Positions 34,475 through 46,400 of a stretch of DNA of 64,000 bases are shown here, piece by piece. Under the pieces are notes generated by a model. That model saw nothing but the letters and a program-made list of their open reading frames with translations, was not told the DNA's origin and made no database searches. The stretch comes from Orbicella franksi. Its lineage: Eukaryota. Both the position numbers and the translations under genes were made by a program. The stretch covers positions 30,752,001 through 30,816,000 of the forward strand of contig OZ116706.1 of NCBI GenBank assembly GCA_964199315.1. The letters are read 5' to 3'. The first letter of the stretch is position 1. Each line of letters begins with the position of its first letter.

Positions 34475-37400
34475 ATCTACAACCGCAGTTCACATACGAA
34501 TTATTTCATATATACTTCACAAACAAACAAAATGATTTGTAACCTGACTCCAGCTGCTGTTAAATGATAAATTCTTAATCGGGATCCCTCGCTCAACAGA
34601 TGCATCACTTCCTCGCTTGGCCGCCAAATGCTTAACACTGCAGCTGAAACGACAAATGTCTATTTCAGAAATTATAGCCTCGCTGGCAGTGAACTGGTCA
34701 CAATAACTGGTTATTGTTAAAGTGCCACTATGATCAAATTCTCGATACCCAATTTTTTACATTTTCGTACACAATAGGTCTTTTCTAGATATCTTGCCAA
34801 ATTTCAATCTATTACGAACACTAGAACTCATGTTTTTTTGGACTTTTATTTCTGAGAATTTACGCCCGCCATTAATTTTCCTTGTTCCAAGTCTTGATTG
34901 AGAATTTTTAGAAAATGACGTCATTTTCTCAAAAATACCGCACGGGCTGAAATTATAATAACAATTAGCCGCAATTCGCATTAAGAATAACAAAAACTTT
35001 GGCTCATATATTCGTACAATTTTCCACATTAATTGTTATCATAATTTCAACCCGTGCGGTAGTTTTGAGAAGATGGCATCATTTTCTCAAATTCGCAACC
35101 AGGACTTGGAACAAGGAAAATTAATGGCGGCCGTAAATTCTCGGAAATAAAGGTCCAAAAACTGCGAGTTCTAATGTTCGTAATAGACTGAAATTTGCCA
35201 AGATATCTAGGAAAGACCTATTGTGTACGAAAATGTAAAAACATGGATATCGAGAATTTCATCAAAGTAGCACTTTAAACAGAGCGGTTTTCAATTGAGG
35301 GTAATAAAACAACATTTAAAGCAAGCAATCGGATATAGGCAATGCAACCAGCGCAAAGCGCGGAAAATCTGGTGTGTGCGATCACCATTGGTTTTGGCTC
35401 TACTTCTTGAGAAAGTGGTGGAATTTTCTTTATGTTATTGTTGTTATTTTTTTTAATCAATCTATAAGCGTACGTCAACAATGCAAATCCAAAACATTTT
35501 CGACATCCAAGCTCGAACAAAAATCGCACGTATGATCGCTGGTTCTGCTTTGCAAGTAGCATTTTCTATTTCATACAAATGGACACACGATGACGCTACA
35601 AATAATCAGTAATTTTGGGCTTTGTTAAACACAAGAGATACTCACTCTGCCTGGCTTGCCCTTTGCAAAGGTAATCCGCAATTCGAACTTTCAGTAGAGG
35701 TACCACGTTTCTTTGAAGCTGGCGCTGAGAAGACAAACAATTGGCATCAAACTACTGTGATACAACGTTGTACTTGTTACAGTTTTCTTTTAATCCTCGG
35801 TCTTGAATGACCACAAAATTTTCCAATAACGTCTAACTTCTCGCTATTAAAACACACCCATGCCAATAATCGCGCGTTCCGCAAAGGTGCTTTCCCATGA
35901 CTGACAAAAAAGTTTGTTGCTGTAATGATTTTGCGCTAGTCAAAGCTACGGTTAGACAAGAGGGAAGTCAAAATTCTACAATGTAAGGCAGTATGGTAAA
36001 ATACAAACAACAGTCATTTGAATTCACAGTTTGGTCTGCTCCCAATTTACGCACCAGTGTAGCTCAATTGTTAACGCAACCCTTGAAGCCCCGAAGATTT
36101 TTTCAAGAGTTTTTTATATCTTTTTTCATCATTGTTTAAATTGCAACACAATTACCAGGATCATGACTTCACCTCACTCTATATTCAGTTGATATCTGAT
36201 TCCATTGAATTGATACACATCACTTGCCACAAGTTTAACAACATTGATAATTGCTGAGTTACCTGTTCTTCCTCTTGTTCTTTCCAAACACGTTCAAACT
36301 TGCTCTGTAATTCCGCACATTTTCTCTCCTGTAACGAGCGCTGGTAATCTTCTAAGGCTCGCACTTGCCGCTCATTGAGACACTCCTGAAAGGGGAAAAA
36401 TGATTTTCAACGTGAGAGTAGTCTAGCGGTGGCTTTCAAGGAAATAGAGCCACTTAAAAACTACAAAAAAATGAAGTTTTACTCCCTCAGATCAACACTT
36501 CATATTTCCAGATGTTTGCGATTGTTTGTTGCTTTTCATAGACACATTTACAATGCACAACGTTCATGTCCTCAGCTTGTAATTCTTCTATCCGACGCCC
36601 GATAAAGTTAGACGTAATGTAAATCTCTAAAAAGAAACTGTTACTCAAACTGCAGGTAGCCTTTGACTATTATATGGCTGATTTATTTTTGAAATAAATC
36701 AGTGTCACAACAGTTCACAGTTGTCAACAAGGTGATTATAAGTAAAACAGAAACCATGACAGGAACACTAACTTTGACTGAGTCAGGATCGGAAGCCTGG
36801 GTAAGAGTTTCATAAATTTCCTTCCCGTCATGCAAGTCTTTCAAATCACGTGATGAAAACGAACGGCGTCGGAACCTCGCAGATCTTCTCTTTTCTGTAA
36901 TTAAACAAAAAAACAACAACAACAGTGTCCTTAAGCGTCTGTCGTAGAAACTGGAATTTTCTTTGGCTTGAAGGACTAATGATCTAATCTGTTTAACAGA
37001 GGTTGTTAAGTTCATTGTTGGACTTCCATAATCTACTTGCGAGCTTAAGTGACAGTATATCGAATTATCATATGGTTAGCTCCGTGAGCGGGAAAGATGA
37101 ATCAAATCCTGCGCTGTGATTGCCTACCCGAGTGGGCAAGATGGAGCTATCTTGCCCGCTCGGGACTACCCGCCATGTCCCGCAAGAAAAATTTTCCCGA
37201 AAGCCATATAATAAATCCTTTATTGACCAAGCTTGTTCGGCCAAGATGGCTGGATATTGGCCTCGTTCTTTTTTTGCGAGTTTATGGACCTCGACTCCGT
37301 CTCGGTCCATACACAGGCAAAAAAAGAACTTGCCCAATATCCAGCCATCTTGACCTCACACTTGGTCAATAACCCATATTTAGTATAAATTAATTAGCTG

Positions 37401-40400
37401 ACCGAGCGACATACCGACCGTCTGACCGCCCGCTCGGGCGAGCGCGCGACTCCATGTACCTATCCATAGACTGACGTCACAAAAAGAACAAAAGTTAAAT
37501 TTGACCGGAGTTGTATATGACTAACCTGGCAGTTGGCATTCTTTTTCAAACTCTTCCTGTATTTTCAGAAACAGCTTTTCCCTTCGCTTCTGTCGATCTG
37601 CTTCAAACTTTTTGGCTTCTCTTTCCTCAAGCCGAGAGTTGCGAAAAACATTGGTACCATCGGACATCTTTTCCATCCACTGTGAATATAAACAGACAAT
37701 ACGGATGTGAGTTACTGGCAGAAAAAACTCAACTATGGTGTTAATCAATTACATAACATAATGTTCTCTCTTACAAACCTTTGATTCGATGAAATACCAG
37801 CATTAGCTTTAACCATATCACTTGTCAGTATTCCTACCTGCACAGGATACTGCCTCAAAACGATGGCGTCCACACAGCCTGTGAATCCTCCATCACCAAA
37901 CAAAGAGGCCAGCGGTAATGCAAACGCACGCGCGTGGCTATGGAAACCAAGTTTCACATCCCATCGTGCACGCCGGGTGGAGTTGGCATGAAGCCGCAGC
38001 ATCAATGACGAGGGAGCCTGTTAGAAAACAGAATTACGAGTCACTTTGGGCGAAAACTGGTGAATGCCCAATGGGTGATTTCTGTCCACTAACAAAGCAC
38101 TCACGACTGCATCTTCTTGAATACTAAACGAATGGTTACTACGTTGTGTCATGGACAGGAGGGTACTGCCGAGAACAAGCAATGGTGAATATGCCCTACA
38201 AGAAGCAAGCATATGGCATGGGCCAATATCTCAGCACCTCTGTCAAAATTGTAAACATTTCATGGATGAAAAAATTCCACAAGGACCAACGGCATATTTT
38301 ACGACCATCCCTTCACCCTTGTCGCCTTGTGTACATATTCATTGAGCCGCAATTGTACCTCTAAAGGGGACACAGCCTGTTCAGACCCTATCAGTTCGGC
38401 TCCATACACGAACAACTTTTGCCCAACAACAATCTTTCTGTCATGTAACAGTCTTGTAAGTGGTCTGTCCAATGTGGCTCGAATACCATACCAGCCATCA
38501 GTAACCTCTATGACTGCACAACTCTGAAATTCAAAAACAAACGGAAACGTTTTCGATTTACTAACAGTCGTCAGAAAACGGAAAAATAACCAAAGAAGCC
38601 TGCTTTTAAATTTGTGGACTTCTTTCACAATCATTAACCCGAGAGCTAGTCTGCGTCAGGGACATGAAACGACAGGCGGAAATCTTTCGCATACGCAGGG
38701 CAACTGAGAGCTTCTTACTTTATAATGAGTCACTAAAGAGTTTGTTCTTGGACTTTAAGAGTACTGCTTCATTTCTTTAGAGTTGTGACATCATTGGTTT
38801 CTCGAAAACACTACTAGCGGTAAACTACCCCACTTTCCCCCCCTAATCACAGAATTTACATTAGCAAAGCATAGAAGTCCACAGGTAGTCACCTCTATTT
38901 TATTAACAGTGCCATGCCCGTCTTTTTCGCCGTCGTTGTCTGTCTGCTTTGCAGCAGTGTTGTCAACTTGATTTTCCGTTACTGTTACTCTGGAGACACA
39001 CAGCACCATCGCACGACTGGATGTATCATCCCGCTCCAGTATTTTCTTCAATGCAGACCTAAGAGATAAAGATAACGTCACTGAAAAACTGTTGGATTTT
39101 CTGTGAATACATTCAGATCTCAGTGGTACCTGTTGCTGTGATCGATTTCACGGTCATATCTGTACTTCAGTTGACACAAAACCCAGTCCGGAGTCAGGCA
39201 TCTAAAACACAAAAATATTACTGATGTAAGACGGCCTCGAAGGACACAACAAACGCTTGCAAATATATACTGGCAAAACCCGCACCATACTTACTAGCTC
39301 CATGGCGCGAAATAAATATCAAAGTTAAACCCACTGAAAAAGAGAATAACTTCAAAATTTGATTGGTGTCGTCCTAACTACAGTAGAAATTGTGTTTTTA
39401 CATCTTTTGAGAAGTAAAAACCTGAGCGTTTTCCCAATGGAGCTACAGACTAGTAAATATATTTAATTACAACTAAATTTTACGAAAGATTCCTCTTAAC
39501 GCAACAAACCACACTGATTTACGAAAAAGCGTTGGGAGCTTGGCATGTGTTACATACCAAAACGAACCACACCATAATCAAATTCCCCATTACAATGTTC
39601 AGAGTAATCAGTCCTAGCCGAACAATTATCTTCTTTTTTTTAATGCAAAAGTAAACTTACCTTCCAGCAAATTGACATGGAAATGCAACTTCCGTGGCGG
39701 CTAGTTTCCATACGAGCCATCTGTAATGATTTGCGATCCACTGTTCACTGATCAACTGACCGTCCACTCCAGGTGTGCTAAGAAACGCACTGACAAAAAC
39801 AAAACAAGATCTTCCTGAAAATTCTACCTTGCTTAAGATATAACATCACACATTTCCACACATGGAAAAAGGCACACACCTAATCCTAAGAGAATGCAAG
39901 ATATTTGTCACGAGTCTCCTAAAGCTCGTTTGTAGCCCTTTAGCACAGAGGCCAGCTTTCCAAGATAAACCCGCAACAACGTGACGAGGAAACATCAACC
40001 AGCACTGTTTCATGATGCAGTACAGTGAACTTGGTTGATTGCCGTGAATCACCACTCAGACTACAAGATATCATCTTTTCACACCTCTCAATTAATTTTG
40101 ACATCGAACTTACGTATTTATATTATTTCTTTCATTTACCTTTGTATTTCTTCCAGGCCCACGCAGCCATCAATCCCAGCATGCAACACTCCGCCGTCCT
40201 CCATTCTAATACCACCCCCGCTAGTCAACACAGATTCACTGAAATACTTCCTTCCGATGAACCGGAATGATCCCGCATTAGAGGAAGAAATAGAGATCAC
40301 CTCTGGAGACACACCCAGTTCAATCAGCTGAAATAAAAGTAAAATTACAGCAGGATCAGTCACAAAGACTATTTTAATAAAGATGAGCTGTTTCGAGTGA

Positions 40401-43400
40401 CTTGTAAACAGGAATACTCCGCTATTTGGCCTCCTCATTTATGAAGAGAAGTCACGGTCATTTTAGGGAGGATAAGACTAGCAGCTTACCTCCGCTGTGG
40501 TGAATTGCCCTGGCAGTGTGCCATGTCCAACAATATCTTTAAGCTTTATTCTTCCATTGTGGAGACGCAAATGAGAAAGGAAACCAGGCTGCGGTTTCAC
40601 TTTGCCGTCGGTCTGAAATGGAAGTGAAATTGTATTATATTTTCACTGAGAATGAACAGAATTAGAAACATGGTATCTGTCAACAACTCTCTACAGATGG
40701 CAGAACTTGTACGATTCAGTGGAAGTCAGAGGTTTCCTTTTGCTATTTACGTCTGAAATAAGGAAGTGTGATACTTTATCTATCCATTATTATTTGGATA
40801 AAACGAAAATCAACAAGCTAACCTGAGAAACAGTTCCATGATGACCGTTCTTCTCATCCATTGTGCTGTTAGACGCTGATATTCTGGGTTTCTTTGAAGA
40901 CGGTTCCACGACATCTGAACCTTGAGCCTCCGCGGAACCACTGACCGGTATACTAGAGCTACTACAACGCGCAAGAGGCGAAACCTCCCTACTGGCTTCC
41001 TGCTTTCTGTAGGGCGTGATAAACTGCGGCCGAGGACCAGACACCCTTCGGTTTGCGTTGGAATTCAAAGGGGTACTAGTCTTTGGTGTGGGGGCAGCTT
41101 TGGACTTGAAGCAGCCTGGCGTCATAGCTCGAAGTGACCTTCTGACAACGCAAAAGTTTATTTGTTTATTCAGCAAAACTATTATAAAACTAAATAAGCA
41201 AAACATTCTTTTAAGTTAAGGTGATTCCTTAGTATTGCATCGCGCATCCCTACTGTGCACGATTTTCGCGTCATTAGCGGGCGCACATGAGCGCTTGCGC
41301 GTACAAAACGTTAGAGATTTCCCTCAAACTAAGCTCGATAGCGAAATAAATGCTCTTTTTCTCTTAAAAGAGCACGGTGACCCCTACTTTTTATTTCATA
41401 ATTTCAATGAGAACAATATCCTCAATAAGTGAGAAAAAAATAGCAGAAATCTATGGCTACCTTTTAGGCAAATGAAAGAAATATTACAGAGGGAGACCTA
41501 ACGGGCCCAACAGCGCATGTCCAAATTATGCAGGGTATCTGAAGACATTTTTTTCTGGGACGTAGATGAATAAACAATCAAAGGAAGTCGAACTCTGTGT
41601 GGTATAACCCGCTACATTAAAAAATAATCGAGCTTATTTGTTGCGCGCGGAGATTACCAAAAGACATCTAAATAACCGTATTTGTCAGCATTGTGGCGTG
41701 AAAACAAGCACGATGACCACCTCTTTTCACTACGTTTTTAATATCTCCTTATCCTGTAACAACAGCATACCAAGTTTCAACGGAAATCTATAGCGGGGTC
41801 TTTTACTAGGGAATCACCTCAAGCGTCTTCTGGGGTCAACTAGCTCAGCAGACCAGTCTTGATCCTGGTTCTCATCTTTTGAATCGAATAGGAGAGCTAC
41901 TTTCCCAGATGGGCTGCCAGTCAAACAAAAGTGCGACTTACAAGTAGAGGCTTATTCACCTGGATCGAGAGGCGCTCTGTGAGAGCAAAGTATGAAGCAC
42001 AAAAACGCGGCAAAATGATGCAAATGGATCTTTTGATTACATCAACGGACACTGTTTTTAACTTCCCCAAAGACGCAAGCTTTCAAAAAAACGAGTAAAA
42101 CCCTTGTAATACAGACAGAATTAAATGGTGGTACCTTGGTGAATACGAGCTCTCCACAGCCGTCAGGCGTGCCCGGAGAGGAGCATGGAACCGTGCTCGC
42201 CGATCATGCAACACACCTAATAAGGAAAAGAAACCAGAAATGAGAAAACGTCACAAAGACACAAGACAAGAGAAAGCTGTATCAGACAGATATATCTGAC
42301 ACTCACCAAAATAGCGAGACCATTTTTGGAGAGTAACACCGAGAAACTTAAGTACAGAACCTCTCACGAGATTAATAGTGCTTTTCAACACCCCGAGTTG
42401 GACGATTTTAAACATTTCAAGGACAATTTTAGTGAGAAAGGCCAACATAATAAATGCTGAGGAAAGTGATTTCAAACGTGTTGATAATAAACGAAATGTA
42501 AATTATGAGGCTTACCCGGGAATCTATATGTACATGTATAGTGAGATACAACTGATGTAGATGAAGTTTACCTGATGGAGTGGTTGTACAAGGCTTCATC
42601 CCATCACGTGTCTCTCTGTGACTTGAGTTGAACATGTCTTCACTACATCGCAACTAAAAGAATTGAAAGAATAATGACACAAAAGCATCAAATTTCATAT
42701 CAGATCGATATGACAAACACGAACTAGTCTAGGATAAGTTAATATTAGGGAGTACATTATATTTACAGTTACTAAATAGGCTACTTACTGGTGTCGAGCA
42801 ACGTCTTGGAAAGTCATGGTCAGAAGCCCGTGCAGGCCCTTTTGATTCGTGAAAAAAAAGAAGACAGTTACCAAATCTGCACTAAATACATGTACTAAGG
42901 TAGGGGCTGCTAAGATGCACCATTCATGAAGTACACTATAGGATCGTTAATTTTTATCAGATAGTTACCTTTCTCCCTTCCTGTTATAAATGAACCTTCT
43001 GGCCTGTTGAAGGAGCTGCATCCAACAGCAATCCCATCGTGCAAGTTACCTGAGACATCTGAGGTGTCCATAACTGATTCATAAGCCAGGAGTGCTTCAG
43101 AACTCTCTAGAACCTCGCGGGATACCGCTTCATCGTGTTCAACAGAGCAGCTTCTACCTGGTGTGGACATAGTCCTACCATGCACCTCTGTAGCAACCAC
43201 ATGTTCACGTACAGAAGCTTCTGCATCTTTTGTTTTGGAGTCGATAAATGCACTGTCCGCCTCCTGTAAAAATGCTTTAGCTTTAGAGAGTGCCTGTTCT
43301 GATACCGAAACTCTTTGACCTCCAGCGGTGAAAAAACCGCCAAACGTCCCGCCGTAATTTCCAGTCTCTTGTTCAATGATGCTCAATTCTTCCCTTGCCT

Positions 43401-46400
43401 TTCTTGACGCATCCAGAGATGTAGCTACAGTCTCCGTGTTAGTTGCCCGCAGTTCCCTGTCAATGTCAGCCATTTTCTTTTTCGCTTTTGCGAGCGCTGA
43501 TTCCGAAATTTCCACCATTTTACCACCTGCTGTTTGAAAACCAGAAAATTCTGAAAAACTGGTTGAACTTGGTTTGGTTTTAGAAAAACCTGTGGCAGAT
43601 GCGCTGCTGTGTTTGTTTTCCTGGAGGGATCTGTCAATCTCTTGCATAATGGCAGCTCCTCTTTCCATTGATTCTTTAGACAGTTCAACGCTCTGTCCAC
43701 TTGCTGTTTGGAAACCAGAAAAACTAGTTAAAGATACACCGTTGTCCCATTTATCCTGAAGGGATCTGTCAATCTGTTGCATTATTGTCGCTCCTTTTTC
43801 CATTAATTCCTTAGACAGTGCAACGCTTTGTCCACTAGCTGTTTGGAAACCAGTAAAACTAGTTGCAGACACACTGTTGTCCCATTTATCCTGAAGGGAT
43901 CTGTCAATCTGCTGCATTATGGCAGCTCCTTTTTTCATTGATTCTTTCGACACTTTCACGCTCTGTCCACTAGCAGTTTGGAAACCAGTAAAACTAGTCG
44001 CACTACGTGGGTGCTCTACACTGTTTTCCTGGACGGATCTGTCAATCTGCTGCGTTATGGCAGCTCCTTTCATCATTGATTCTTTAGACAGTTTCACGCT
44101 CTGTCCACTAGCGGTTTGGAAGCCAGAAAAACTACTTGTACTACGTGTGTGTTCTGCACTATTTTCCTGGAGGGATCTGTCAATCTGTTGCATTATGGCA
44201 GCTCCTTTTATCATTGATTCTTTCGACAATTTTACGCTCTGTCCACTAGCAGTCTGAAAACCAGAAAAACTAGTTGCATTATGTGAGTGCTCTGCACTGT
44301 TTTCCTGAAGAGATCTGTCAATCTGTTGCATTATCGCAGCTCCTTTTTCCAAAGATTCTCTGCACAGTTTAACGTTCTGTCCACCAGCAGTTTGGAAACC
44401 AGAAAAAACAGATGCGCTGGGTGAGTTAGATATGCTGGTGCCCTTGTTCTGTTCCAGGGATTTGTCAATCATTTGCATCATGGCCGCCCCTTTTTCTAAT
44501 ACTTCTTTGGACGGGGCTGCGCTTTTACCTGCGGCAGTTTGAAAACCAGAAAAACTTATCAGGTTGGTCGTGTTTGTTCCAGGTTTGTCCTCGCTTGGCA
44601 TTACCTGCGCTTCTGTCGGTAAAGAGTCCTCGGCATCTTTGGAAACACAGTGGTGCTTTTCATTGGCCAAGTGGCAATCAATAGTTTCTTGCAGCCCTTC
44701 TGAGGGATCCGCCGTGATTCGTCTCATTATGTCGCTGCCTCGTCTCAAGGCTTCCTCGGATAAAGTTACCTTCTTTCCCCCGGCTGTCTGAAAACCAGAA
44801 AACGTGGCAAAACTAGCTTCAGAAAGCTCTCCACTTTCACTATTTGCGGTTTTAAACCAACATGAACTTGCGGAATGAGTCCATGACTTGTTCTCGTCTT
44901 CAGAAACAAAATCGTGATCAATGTTATTCACTTTACCTTCCAAAGTGTTCAAAACGTCGTTACTCTCGTCGATCATTTTATCTCCCGTCTGTCTCCTGGA
45001 GTCTTTTGTAATGCGCAACGAACGCGGTGAAACGTCAACATCTCCAGCTGGAACTGCGTGGAAACTGTTACGACTTTCCACATTCTTGTGTCGTGGCTTA
45101 TAAGCTCCCTCGAGGGCCAACTCCCGGTCGATTTTATTCCAAGTACTTTTTGCCTTGCTCAGAGCTGCCTCCGATACAGGGACGGGATTGCCACTTGCAG
45201 TCTTAAACAATACACAAGGTTTTTCTGGATTTGGAGTTGTACTTCTACAATATTCGGTCGTAATGTTCTCCTGGTATTGTGAGGATCTTTCGGGATCTGA
45301 TCGCCCGCGCGTCAGGTCAGAGAACTCTTCTGTGTTTGTGAGAATTCCTTCATGATGTTCCTCGATTCCTTCGCTTTCCTCGCAAATGGTGGCCAGTGAA
45401 TCTCGCCTTTGTCGTTTACAGTCATTCAACAAATCCTCAAGCAAAGAGTCATTTACGATTTCACTCTGTTTACATTTCAACTCATTCACTGATTGCTCAG
45501 CGTTTTGTAAAGCCATCTCCTCAATTTCCTCTTTTATTGCCGAAGTATTTTTCCCAGATGCATCCATATTTAGCTCGTCTGGCTGTGGCATATCTTTCAG
45601 TTGTGATGCCCCGTAACGTGGTCCTTCAGAGTCCCCCTCTCTCAGCTCATTTCCTGAGGCTCTTTGCTTGTTACTAATGCTGTAAGATGGTTCTTTCTCT
45701 CTTGCAACCTTCACAATCTGGCCACTATCGCCAACATCCAACTCAGCGTCTATTTCGCTCAAAGTTTTTCTCGCTTGTTTCATTGCTGATTCAGATATGT
45801 GAACTTGTTTCCCACTTGCCGTAGAAAAACCACAAAATCCCGTCAACACAGATGACCGTTGTTTCTCAAAGCGGGATGTATTATCTGTTTTTGTATTAAA
45901 TTTGTGAGCCGCCCCTTGTTCCTTAACCTCATTAACGTTCCCTTCTATTTCGGGCGAATATCTTTTAATTACTGGGCCAAATATCGGCTGGACAGCTGTA
46001 GAAATTCCATCAAGGTTTTCTTGTGCCATTTCTGGTTGTGCTATTTCTGTTTTCACTCCTTTAGTTAAGTCAGCCCCTTCACGGAAAATATCTTCATCAA
46101 CCACCTCGTCCGCTGTTGGCCTTTGCTCCTGTGAAGTTAAGCTTACCGTAGGTAGATCCAACTCCTCCAACAAAGCGTGAGGACAATTGAGAGCTTTGTC
46201 CGATATCTCAATTTTCGTTCCTCCCGCACTGTGAAATCCCGTCTTCCATTCAGAACGCAAGGCCGGCGCGTCCTTTTGAAAGTTAACACAGGAAACTGGG
46301 CTTTCAATCACGTCGCTTTCCCCTTGGTGACTTCTGTTTTTCAAGGTTTTTTCATCCTTGTGCACTACAGCACTTTGTATCTTCATGTCCTCCGCTTTAC

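Noticed and set aside
39846-40055. ORF in a BRCA2 intron
   Set aside because: The flanking exons already join in frame with continuous homology; no support for coding.
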